From Squalus acanthias (lineage: Eukaryota): a stretch of DNA of 64,000 bases. The position numbers and the translations under genes are program-made. Numbering within the stretch: the first letter of the stretch is position 1; every line of letters starts with the position of its first letter. Below are positions 1-10,365 of this stretch, one piece after another. The DNA lies in NCBI GenBank assembly GCA_030390025.1, contig CM059431.1, forward strand, positions 140,866,001 to 140,930,000. Direction: 5' to 3'. The notes under the pieces were generated by a model. That model searched no databases. It was not told where the DNA came from and worked only from the letters and a program-made list of their open reading frames with translations.

Positions 1-35
1 TATGAAGGTTAACCGGCCAACGATGCTGAACATTC

Positions 36-1000
36 ACTTGTTTACCGCACACATTGGCTGATTCAGTTCCAGTAAGTGAAAGCCGGAGCCTGATGGTCAT
101 GGGTGTGAAAATCCTTATCAAGGCCCATACTGTTACTGATTAACTGGAGCATATCTCCAGATTTTATAGTCATTGCTCTGCGGTTAATAAATGATCATCA
201 CTGGAAAATAACCTGTAACCAGTCATTTGACGGGAAGTGTAGAAATCTAGTTTATGCAGGTCAGATTATTAAATACCGAGATCAATAGAGCTGCGATCCT
301 AATATAGGTCATTCCCATAGAGATAGAATCGGGAAAAATGAACAGCTAAAAATCGAAAGGTAGATAATACCAGAACAGTGTTGTGTTAACACAAAGAGTT
401 CACTGTGCCCTTCCCTCTGGTGTTTGATCCCAATAAACTAACAGCGATCTTTGTTCCTCGCTCTCTGTGCCCTTATATATCCGATAATAAACAGGTTTTA
501 TGGTGAGCAATATACTCAAATTGAGTTCACGGATATGAATCGGAATACAGAACGAGGTTTTCCTGCGGGATTTTCTGAAGCGCAGATGGAAGAGATGGGG
601 GAAATATAATCGTTTTGACCAAACAAATGATTAATTACTTTTGAAAAAGATCAGTCATTCATCAGAATAATTCAAACAGAATGAGACCGTGTGTGATTCA
701 GATCGAGCCCTGCACCAGTGGAAAGGGCGGGGAGGAATTGTACTGATCATGCTGAAGTTCGGGTTTAGGACTGTGATGTGTAACTGATCTTTACCCAGGG
801 TGTGTTCATTAAACTGTATAACCCACAATCCTGACTTACCCGGACTCTCTGGAACCAGAATAAGGGACCGCAGCACAAGATAAGGACCCGGAATATACTG
901 AGCACCATTATAGTGTTTTATTGTAGCAAAACTGACCCAGTGCCATTTTCTGGTGCAGTACTTCAATCAGTGAAAAGTTGAGGTATCAACATTGGATCAG
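36..1000 (-). pseudogene. Copy A of a locally duplicated cassette with a hydrophobic (TM- or leader-like) exon remnant and a downstream exon-like segment
   Basis: Aligns by eye with 3488-4150 (shared blocks such as CCGCACACATTGGCTGATTCAGTTCCAGT, GTAACTGATCTTTACCCAGGGTGTGTTCATTAA, CTTACCCGGACTCTCTGGA). Minus strand reads MVLSIFRVLILCCGPLFWFQRVR then a GTAAG donor (plus-strand CTTAC 835-839); in-frame stop just upstream. Confidence 0.4.
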
Positions 1001-1559
1001 GTCAGAAAACATTGTTTTATTTTTTAAATTGCAGCAGCGACATTTAACAGAATAAAACTTCCAAAAGTAACCACACACATTAACATTATGCTGTTGGAAA
1101 TATTATTGAAATAGATTTCTAGTTTATGACATGCTTTTGAATAAACAGTTAGAGATCGAGACATTTCAACATAAAACACAGCCCCGAACCATCACTGAAA
1201 TCCAGTATATCCAGGCACGGAAGGTTTCCTCTTTGACCCACATTGACCTTAGGATGCTGGGACTCATTGCGGCCAAACCGAGGCAAATGCTGCCTTGTTG
1301 TCGAGGCGAGTTACGGTCCCGCTATTGATGCGTCCATCCGTCACTCTGCTGATCAGTGTGGGGAGGCTGGTAGAGCGGTAATTGGCCTGATTCCGTCTGT
1401 CTTTAATTTTGTGGATAGGACATTGCTGGTTATCCAAATCATATCTATAAGGAGGTAAAATTTCACTTGTACAGTCAAACAACCATGTTCTGCATGTGCG
1501 GTAAGATCAGTGTAAAGCTAAAGGAAGTCACTCACTAATGAGAAGAAAAATAGTAATCC

Positions 1560-2760
1560 TGAGGACTGGGGGAAACATAGAAAAGAACAAAGAATGCAAA
1601 GGAAATATTAAGAGCAGCGAAAAGGGAATACGAAACACTTTGCAATTAATATAATAGCTAATATTAAAAATTAATATATTTGTTAAGATTGAGAAAGTGA
1701 CTGAGGGAGATGTGGACCATTAATGACAAACACAGATGATACGGTAATAGCTAACAACAAGGTAACAGGAGATTTTTTTAACGAATATTTTGTGTCAGTT
1801 TTCATAATAAATGAAATGGAAAAAATGCCAGTTCGATAAGGCAAAAATAATTAAATGAAGGAGAGGAATTTACTGTGTACATAATCGTAAAAATGTTGCT
1901 GGAGAAAATATTGGAAGTTTGGATAGATAAATCTCTCACACCTGATGATTTGCACCTAAGGTTATTGAAAAAAGTCGGGTGGAAATTGCAGAAGCGTTAG
2001 TTATAATCCTTCAAAGCTTACTTGATTCGGGAATTGTGCTGTTAGACTGGAAATTGCTATCGTCACTCCACTACTTAAGATGGGTGTGATAGAAATTTAG
2101 GGAACTAAATGCATGTCAGTTTAATGTCGCTTGAGGGGAAGCTACTAGAATCGATCATTAAGGATCGAGTGACTGAGCATTTGAGCAAAATGAGCTGATC
2201 AGAGAACCAGCATCGTTTTATTAAAGGTCATTCATGTCTGACTAATTTGGTTGAATATTTTGAGAACATCACTATTAAGGTAGACAATGTGTGCCTGTCG
2301 ATTTTATCTATGTGGACTTGCAGAAGGCATTCGATAGGGTTCCACAATAATGATAATTGGCATAAATGAGAGCGCACTGAAATGGAGGCAGCCTTATGAC
2401 TTGGGCTAGAAATTGTTATGGAGTTAGGAGAAAGAGTTGGAATCAATGGCATGCACTCCGATTGACAAGTTGCAAAAGCCTGGCTTGTATGAGCTTGAGT
2501 ATAGAAGATTGAGGGGCGATCTGACCAAGATACTTAAAATGTTAATTTTTTTTCGACGTGGTACATATTGAGAAACTATTTCCTCTGATCGGGGAATTAA
2601 GAACATGGGGAGATAGTAGAACTTTAGAATGGGGCCCTAACCTAGTGAAACTACAACAAAGACAAACTAACACAAGTGGAATTTTAAACAAGGAGATGTG
2701 TGATCTCATGAAAAAATATTGAAGAGTCACATTTTCCAGCTGGTTGATGCAGGATCATTA
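1560..2760 (+). mobile_element. Highly degraded CR1 LINE ORF2 (RT region) fragment
   Basis: Recognisable remnants of the PGPD..HP, RPVSLTS, DFQKAFD and 3' RRLRGDL blocks seen in better copies in this window; many stops and indels. Confidence 0.75.
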
Positions 2761-3487
2761 TTGTGGGACCATTTCTCGAGTCTGCAACAATTATCGGTGC
2801 AGAGAATATGGGACGGGTTTTGGATTCTGCTTTACTTCAAAATGCTGTTAAATATTTTTCAAAATTCTGCGGATGCTGGAAATCTGAAATAGAAACAAAG
2901 CATGCTGGAAATACTCAAGGAGGGCAAACGGGTATGGGAATATCGAGCACGGAGCAGGAGGAAAGGAAGGGCAAGGGTAAAATTAGGATTGCTGCAGCTG
3001 GGGAGGAAGAAAGGGTTAGCGGGAGATAGTTAGGAGTGGAGGAAGGTTGTAGAGTAGGAGGCAGTTACAGATGCGGGGGGCGACATTCAGGCATGGAGCA
3101 GGTGGGATTGAAGGTGCATCTGGGGAAAGAAAGTTTCTACAGAATCAGGAATAGAGCTGATTGGAATGGAAGCAGGGGGAGAAACAGACATAATCCGGTG
3201 AGGGAGGGAAACAAACGTTAAAGACCAGGCATATAATCGGCGGTGGGGGCAGCAGACAGGTAAAAGGCAGGGATTTCAGACACGGAGCAGGGGGAGCTGT
3301 AAACAGACTGGGAGCGGCAGCACAGAGAAGCAGGAAGGGGATTGAGACACTGAGCAGTCGAAATAGGTTGCCTGAACTTTTAACATTTATATTACATACA
3401 AATGCTAATTAGCAAATGAATTTAATGTTCAGAGTTTCCCCAGTCTCATAATAAATATATTCCGCCGCCAAACTGCTAAAAGAAAGA

Positions 3488-4150
3488 TTGTTTGCCGCAC
3501 ACATTGGCTGATTCAGTTCCAGTTACTGAACTCGGGAACCTGGCACTAATGGGTGTTAACAACCTGATCAAGGCCCAGACTGTTACTCATTAACTCAAGA
3601 CTATTTGCTGGAGATTGTAATCAGCGATCTTTGTCCATTGTCGTCTCTGCCCTTCTCGGGTCCGATAATAAATAGGATTTAAGGTGAATAATCATAACTT
3701 ATTGAGGATCTGAAGCTGATTCACGCTACAGGACACGGTTTCACTGCGGGGTCTTCTGAACCGCAGATGGACGAGCTGTGGGGAAATGTAGTCATTGTTA
3801 CCACACAGAGCATTAATGACTTTGGTTAAATGGTCAGCAATTCATCAGAACAATTCAAACTGAATGCAACCTTGTGTGATTCTTATCGAGCCCCGCACCA
3901 GAGATCAGGGCGGGGAGGGATTGTAATGATCAGGTTGAAGGTGGTGTTTATGAACGTGATGTGTAACTGATCTTTACCCAGGGTGTGTTCATTAACCTGC
4001 AGAACTTCCAACGTTAACTTACCCGGACTCTCTGGACCAGAATCGGGAGCCGCAGCACAAGGTAAGGGCAGGAATATACTGAGCACAATTATTTTCATTT
4101 AATGTACAGAAATTGCATTTTCTTTGAGTAGTTGTTGAAAGACAGTGACA
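3488..4150 (-). pseudogene. Copy B of the duplicated cassette
   Basis: Diverged direct repeat of 36-1000; donor at plus-strand CTTAC 4018-4022; hydrophobic exon frameshifted relative to copy A. Confidence 0.4.
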
Positions 4151-4328
4151 AATTAACAGACCAATAATGAGCAGGTAATAACGGATGCATTTTCAGCAAT
4201 TGATTTACTGGGAGTTGCCTCAGTTAACGGAATGAAACTTCGACCTGCAATTTCGCTCTAAAATTCTGCTGCTGTACATAGTATTCCAGTTTATATATCG
4301 TTTATTATACGCTTAGGAACAAAGAGTC

Positions 4329-4511
4329 TGTGGTAACACTTTTCAGCTTCCTGTATGACATCACTTCCTGTAATCAGTCCAGGATAAATACTGGACTGAT
4401 CAGTTAGCTCTGGAAGAGGCATAGGGTAAGACCTCTTTTGTATGCAGCACCGTTTTAAGTTGATTAAAGCTTACATTAAGTTTACCACGCGTAAGGCTCA
4501 TTCTTACGACA
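4329..4511 (+). repeat. 5' LTR (~183 bp) of Gypsy element A
   Basis: Starts TGT, ends TTACGACA; TATA-like GATAAATA 4383-4390, ATTAAA 4463-4468; 3' portion resembles the LTR at 62984-63198. The 5' boundary cannot be confirmed without a second LTR. Confidence 0.75.
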
Positions 4512-7500
4512 ATTTAATCAACTTTTGAAAAACTTCGCACTCAAACTTTTTGGACGAACTCGGAGCTAAGGATCCAGGGAATCACCCATCATGGAAAACA
4601 TCCTTAAACCATCGCGTCTTGACTTGGACCCAAACACCCCAGCAGCCGGTAAGGTGTGGAAACACTGGTATCGCACGTTTGAGAATTTTCTTGAGTATTG
4701 CAAAGCGGATGATAACTCAAAGTTGCGGATACTCATCAACTGTGTCACCCCGAATGTATTTCAGTATGTGGAAGACTGGGACAGTTATGAGGAGGCAATT
4801 CAGACGCTTAAGAGACTATATACTAAGACACCGAATGAGGTCTATGCTAGACATCTACTAGCTACAGCCCAACAAGGGCCGGAGGAATCCATTGATAAAT
4901 TCCTCCAAGAGCTTCGCAGACTTAGTATGGACTGTAACTTTCGGGCAGCCTCAGCTGAGCTATACCGCGAAGAAATGATCCGTGATGCGTTCATCTGCGG
5001 GCTTGCCTCCCCATTTATACGCCAGCGTCTACTGGAAAGTAAGACACTTGAGCTGCAGAGAGCTTATGACCTGGCTTGCTCTCTAGATCTAGCAAAACGA
5101 AATGCAGACCTTTTTACAGTGCCCAGACCTCGGTCTGCTGCCTTAACTACAGTCAGGCAATTTAAGAGGCCACAGGTGAACTCTATTAGGGAGGACTTTA
5201 TCCCTGACGATCGATCTGATGACTTCACCGATGAAGAGGATGATGACCCCACTGTGGCAGCCTCTTGGCAATCTAAGAAATGCTTTTTTTGTGGGGATGA
5301 GTTTCACCCTCGGAGATTCTGCCCTGCTCGCAATGCGTTTTGCAGTCATTGCAACAAAAAGGGTCATTTTGTAAAGGTTTGCCTATCAAGAGCCTCTACG
5401 AGGGCTTATCAAGCTAAGTCCTACCGAACTGCCCCAGTAAGGGCCTATCAGGATGTTCCAACTAAAAACTATCGTGCTTCCTCTCGGGTTTTTTCTCGAA
5501 GAAACACACCTAGAATTTCAGCCACTCTTTGTGCAACGACACCAATTACAGCTGCTTGTCCTCAGAATCTATTCCATGCAGCTACAAAAGCATCAATTAA
5601 GGGACATACTTTAGATGCCTTAATTGACTCAGGTAGCACTGATAGTTTCATTAGGGAACAGACTGTTGCACAGTTAAAGCTACATGTTTTTCCATCGGAC
5701 CAGGCAGTTGCGATGGCTCAGTCATCACTTAATACCAGAATTTCTGGCTTCTGTGTAGTTGAAATAATGCTTAAAGGTCACAGGTATCCCTCCACCCGGC
5801 TTTCGGTGCTCAAGGACTTATGTAGTGATCTTATCTTAGGGCTGGATTTTCAAAAGCAGCATAAGAAGCTTACCATTGAGTTCGGCGGATCCAAACCTGA
5901 ACTCACTATTTCTAATATACGACCTCGATTACCGTTCTGTGCCTTGTCAGCAGCTTCACTGGATGAACCCTCACTGTTTGCCAGTATCCCTCCTCGATGC
6001 AAACCGATTATAACAAAGTCACGCCGTTTCAGTCAGGAAGACCAGTCTTTTATTGCGGCTGAGATTTCTCGGCTTTTAGCAGAGGATATCATCGAGCCTT
6101 GTTCGTCGCCATGGCGCGCCCAGGTCGTTATTGTTAAGAACCCTCTACAACCTCACAAGAAACGGCTGTGCATTGACTATTCACAGACCATCAATCAGTA
6201 TACGGACTTGGACGCATACCCATTGCCGCGCATCGATGATATGGTTAATAAATTGGCTGAGTACACGGTGTTCTCGACTTATGATCTGAAAAGCGCCTAT
6301 CATCAGGTACCCTTGAAGGTCTCAGACAAGCAGTATACAGCCTTTGAAGCCAATGGGCGGCTGTATCAATTTCGTCGCCTCCCCTTTGGGGTCACTAATG
6401 GAGTGGCTGTCTTCCAGCGAGCAATGGATGACCTGGTCAAACAGGAAGACTTGAAGGATACGTTTCCTTATCTGGACAATATTACTGTCGCAGGTCGCAA
6501 TCAGCAGGAACATGACGCCAATCTCCAACGATTTTGGGATGCACTCCAGCACCGTAATTTGACATTGAATGCGGCTAAATCCATTGAGTCACAACCAACT
6601 ATCAACATCCTTGGCTATTGTGTGGGCAATGGCATCATTAAACCTGACCCTGAAAGGCTTCGCCCACTCCAAGAACTCCCGCCACCTAAGAATCCGGCCT
6701 CCTTGCGCCGGGCCCTCGGCCTGTTTGCATACTATGCGAAATGGATTCCTAACTTCTCGGACCGAATCCAACCTCTACTGAAGGCCAGCACATTCCCACT
6801 AGACACAACGGCTGTTGCAGCCTTTAACCTCCTGAAAAAGCAGTTGGAGAAAGCGGCTCTTCACTCCATCGATGAGAGTCTTCCTTTCGTGGTTGAGTGT
6901 GATGCCTCGGAGGTGGCAATCTCAGCCACTCTGAATCAGGAAGGTCGTCCGGTGGCATTTTTGTCCAGGACTTTTCAAGGGGCTGAGCTACATTATCCTC
7001 CAGTCGAGAAAGAAGCTACAGCCATCATAGAGGCAGTACGGAAGTGGAGTCATCTCCTGGCTCGCCAGCACTTTACCTTAATCACGGACCAGCGATCGGT
7101 CGCCTTCATGCTCGATAATCGAAAACGGACCAAAATTAAAAATAATAAAATCCAGCTTTGGCGGCTGGAATTGGCCTCTTTTGGTTACACCATCCACTAT
7201 CGACCTGGCAAGGAGAATGTGGCTCCGGATACCCTCACACGAGCATTCTGCTCCGCCATGGCACCCTCTACGCTCGTAGACATCCATGATGGGTTGTGTC
7301 ATCCAGGCGTTACTCGCATGCTGCACTTCGTGCGGTCCCGAAATCTCCCATTCTCTACCGGGGATGTAAAGAAGATGTGCTCGGACTGCAGAGTCTGTGC
7401 GGAATTGAAACCTCGGTTTTTCCGCCCCTCGGGTGGTATACTCATACATGCGACCCAGCCAATGCAAAGGCTTAGCATCGATTTTAAGGGGCCGTTGCCC

Positions 7501-8520
7501 TCTTCGACTCGCAACACTTATCTATTAACAATGGTTGATGAGTATTCTCGTTTTCCGTTTGCCTTTCCCTGCCCCAATATGCTGACAACCACGGTTATCA
7601 GCTGCCTTGAACAGGTATTTGCTTTCTGTGGCATGGCATCCTATGTTCATTCAGATCGGGGCCCTTCTTTTATGTCGGGAGAACTCAAGGCCTATCTCTC
7701 GGAACGGGGTATTGCTGCCAGCAAAACGACGCCTTATCATCCGGTTGGGAATGGGCAAGTCGAGCGTTTTAACGCTATCATCTGGAATGCGGTACGTCTG
7801 GCTTTGAGATCTCGGGGCCTACCCAACCAGCAATGGGAAGCAGTACTTCCAGACGCATTACACTCCACACGGTCCCTCCTTTCGACCGCCACAAATACGA
7901 CGCCTCATGAACGGTTCTTCCGATTTCAGCGTCGCTCATCCTATGGGACATCTCTCCCGTCGTGGCTGACTACACCGGGACCAGTGCTACTCCGAAGATA
8001 TGTCCGGGCGTCTAAGAATGACCCCCTGGTAGATGAGGTTGAGCTCACTGACGTCAACCCTACCTACGCCTATATTCGGTATCCTGACGGTCGGGAATCT
8101 ACCGTGTCATTGCGGGATCTGGCTCCCTGCCCGCCGAAACATAGAGGGACACCAGGGGATGATATTGTACCAGGCACATCTCTGGGCTTGCCAGGTGCCT
8201 CTCATCATGATCGGGATCTAACGCCGGCTGGTACCTCACTCCAGCGTGCCGACCTGGGGCAGACTGACTATGAGCCCGTCGGGGCTCGCACGCGCAGCCA
8301 CGATCAACCCTGTACCGTACGCTCAGAAACGGATCTGTCACAGCCCTGCCCGACACCCATTCGGGTACCAGTACATGGTCAGGATCGTTCTGACCCCTCA
8401 CAGAGCGGGCTGGAGCACTCGGACTCTGGTCCATGGCCCGCAGCGGGTAAACGGGCTAGGGGCCCTCTACCGCTACGAGAACCCAAACGGGTGCGGCTCT
8501 CCCTAGAGTCAGTGATCGCT
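4329..8520 (+). mobile_element. Gypsy (Ty3) LTR retrotransposon: 5' LTR plus internal region, 3' LTR absent
   Basis: TG...CA LTR followed by a single gag-PR-RT-RH-IN ORF; sequence switches to an antisense CR1 3' tail at ~8521. Confidence 0.95.
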
Positions 8521-8601
8521 ATCATAGAATCATCCAGCAGAGAAGGCGGCCATTCAGCCTATCGAGCCTGGACCCGCTCTTTGAAAGAGCAATCCAATTA
8601 G
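4591..8601 (+). CDS. Gypsy gag-pol polyprotein (1336 aa, uninterrupted)
   Basis: Two CCHC knuckles (CFFCGDEFHPRRFC, CSHCNKKGHFVKVC), protease LIDSGS, RT (DLKSAYHQ, LPFG, YLDN), RNase H (CDAS, EKEA, TDQ), integrase HHCC and D-D-E (SIDFKGP, SDRGPSF, VERFN). The last ~27 aa are read from the adjacent CR1 tail. Confidence 0.95.
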   Translation: MENILKPSRLDLDPNTPAAGKVWKHWYRTFENFLEYCKADDNSKLRILINCVTPNVFQYVEDWDSYEEAIQTLKRLYTKTPNEVYARHLLATAQQGPEESIDKFLQELRRLSMDCNFRAASAELYREEMIRDAFICGLASPFIRQRLLESKTLELQRAYDLACSLDLAKRNADLFTVPRPRSAALTTVRQFKRPQVNSIREDFIPDDRSDDFTDEEDDDPTVAASWQSKKCFFCGDEFHPRRFCPARNAFCSHCNKKGHFVKVCLSRASTRAYQAKSYRTAPVRAYQDVPTKNYRASSRVFSRRNTPRISATLCATTPITAACPQNLFHAATKASIKGHTLDALIDSGSTDSFIREQTVAQLKLHVFPSDQAVAMAQSSLNTRISGFCVVEIMLKGHRYPSTRLSVLKDLCSDLILGLDFQKQHKKLTIEFGGSKPELTISNIRPRLPFCALSAASLDEPSLFASIPPRCKPIITKSRRFSQEDQSFIAAEISRLLAEDIIEPCSSPWRAQVVIVKNPLQPHKKRLCIDYSQTINQYTDLDAYPLPRIDDMVNKLAEYTVFSTYDLKSAYHQVPLKVSDKQYTAFEANGRLYQFRRLPFGVTNGVAVFQRAMDDLVKQEDLKDTFPYLDNITVAGRNQQEHDANLQRFWDALQHRNLTLNAAKSIESQPTINILGYCVGNGIIKPDPERLRPLQELPPPKNPASLRRALGLFAYYAKWIPNFSDRIQPLLKASTFPLDTTAVAAFNLLKKQLEKAALHSIDESLPFVVECDASEVAISATLNQEGRPVAFLSRTFQGAELHYPPVEKEATAIIEAVRKWSHLLARQHFTLITDQRSVAFMLDNRKRTKIKNNKIQLWRLELASFGYTIHYRPGKENVAPDTLTRAFCSAMAPSTLVDIHDGLCHPGVTRMLHFVRSRNLPFSTGDVKKMCSDCRVCAELKPRFFRPSGGILIHATQPMQRLSIDFKGPLPSSTRNTYLLTMVDEYSRFPFAFPCPNMLTTTVISCLEQVFAFCGMASYVHSDRGPSFMSGELKAYLSERGIAASKTTPYHPVGNGQVERFNAIIWNAVRLALRSRGLPNQQWEAVLPDALHSTRSLLSTATNTTPHERFFRFQRRSSYGTSLPSWLTTPGPVLLRRYVRASKNDPLVDEVELTDVNPTYAYIRYPDGRESTVSLRDLAPCPPKHRGTPGDDIVPGTSLGLPGASHHDRDLTPAGTSLQRADLGQTDYEPVGARTRSHDQPCTVRSETDLSQPCPTPIRVPVHGQDRSDPSQSGLEHSDSGPWPAAGKRARGPLPLREPKRVRLSLESVIAIIESSSREGGHSAYRAWTRSLKEQSN

Positions 8602-9975
8602 TCCCAAACACCTGGGGGGAAAAATTAGGTCGCGCCCCATTTGGGGAGCAAATATCGTCTGGACGCAAATATTAGCGACTGGCGCTAATTATCGGCACTG
8701 ACTGGAAACTTCACTTTTACCGCCCCGGGAGGTGAGTGGAGCGCTAAATCAGGCGCTGCACACCTGTCTTAAGGCGCAAAGGCCAAGGAGTGAGGCACTA
8801 CCTCAGAGCGCTGGCGAAGCTCATGTAATGTCAGTCAGCAATGGAACACACACACAATGGCACGGGCCAGTTCTTAAAGGGGATGGTTAATCTTGCTTTC
8901 CATCCACATCCTGTTCATTGCAGCCTTGAATCTCGGCCTGGAGAGACTTGCACATCAAATGTGCTGGAAAGTTCAATGGAGAGTACCAGGCAAAGAGCTC
9001 AGAGTGATGCCCCCACAGTCTCTGCTAAATCGATACAAGGAATGGCAAATCAAAATGAACCTGCAAAGTGCTGCTCAGTACCCAAAACTCCTTCACACAA
9101 CGTTGAATCTCTCCAGAAGTCTCTCCCTCTCTCTCTCAGAATGCGTAGTTCAAAAATGCCACCAACAATAAAAGACAGGAAGAGGCCCCCTTTAAATAGC
9201 GCCCCCCCCCCCCCGCCCCACAGCGATTGATAGCGTTCCAGTCTTCTGGTCGTTGGATGCGCCAGGTGGTAAGGCAGGGGGCGCCACTCAATTTCCGCTC
9301 CGGGGCGCCACAAGGGCGTTGCACCATGGAATGACGTCACAATCTGCGCGCGCAGGTGGTCGCAGCGGTAAAGTTTAGCGCCGCCGCACAATCTCTAGTT
9401 AAGTTCCCGAGCGGCGCAAACATCGCTGCGTCCGGGCGTTAGCGGCTTTGCAACCAACTGAATTTTTACCCCCTGCTCTTTCCCCTGAGCACCACAATCT
9501 GCTCCCCTTCAAGTATTTATCTAAATCCCTTTTAAAGTTGCTATTGCTTCTGCTTCCATCCTTTCAGGCAACTCATTCCAGATGTTAATTACTTGATGCC
9601 TAAAAAAACTTCTCTTCATCTCACCTCTGGCTTTTTTGTCAATTACATTAATCTTTTCCTCTGTTTACCGACGTTTTGCCAGTGGAAACAGTTTCTCCTT
9701 ATTTACACTGTCAAAAAAGCTTCGTGATTTGGAACACCTCTATTAAATATCCCCTTAAACTTCTCTGCTTCAAGGAGAACAATTTCAGCTTCTCCAGTCT
9801 CTCCATGTAACTGAAGTTTCTCATTCTTGTTCCCATTTCAGTAAATATCCTTTGCATCCTCTCCAAGGCCTTGACAGCCTTGTTAAAGTGTGACAATAGA
9901 ATTGGATACAATACTCCAGCTGACGAAAGTGATTGATGAAAGTTGATCCTAACTCCCTTGATTTTGCACTCTCTG
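8521..9975 (-). mobile_element. CR1 LINE 3' fragment interrupted by a Harbinger-type element
   Basis: ATCATAGAATCAT tail at 8521; ORF 9711-9980 has ALERMQRIFTEM...LFSLKQRSLRGYLIEVF, the CR1 RT C-terminus. Confidence 0.8.
8615..9472. mobile_element. Non-autonomous PIF/Harbinger-type DNA transposon (858 bp)
   Basis: Imperfect TIRs GGGGGAAAAATT...AATTTTTACCCC, 3-bp CTG target duplication (8612-8614 and 9473-9475), no transposase ORF. Confidence 0.85.
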
Positions 9976-9979
9976 GGCA

Positions 9980-10365
9980 AAACCGTGGCAGATGGAGGTC
10001 AATGTTGGAAAGTGTGAGCTCACTTTGTACCTGAAAAAGATAGATTAGAGTATATGCTAAATGGCGAGAAGCTCGGAACTGTGGATGAGCAGAGAGAATT
10101 AGGACTCCAAATACGGAAGCACTGAAAGATAGTCAATAGGAGCAAAAAATAAGTAAACAATCAAATAGAATATTGGACTCTATCTCAGGAGGGCTGGAAT
10201 ACAAACGGCAGGAAGATCTGCTGCACCTGTACAGAGCTCTGGTTACACCATATTTTGATTTCTGTGTTAAGTTCTGGGCACTGGACCTCAGGAAGGATAT
10301 AATGGCTTGTAGGGGCTGCCAGCTAAGATTCACCAGAATGATACCAGCGCTAAAATGGATAAGTT
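9980..10365 (+). mobile_element. CR1 RT fragment
   Basis: GLEYKRQEDLLHLYRALVTPYFDFCVKFW in ORF 10173-10379. Confidence 0.8.

Noticed and set aside
378..407. CACTGTG heptamer as a V(D)J recombination signal
   Set aside because: No adequate nonamer at 12 or 23 nt spacing and no adjacent V, D or J segment.
8841..9391. ORFs inside the Harbinger-type element as transposase
   Set aside because: Short, with no DDE motif; the element is non-autonomous.
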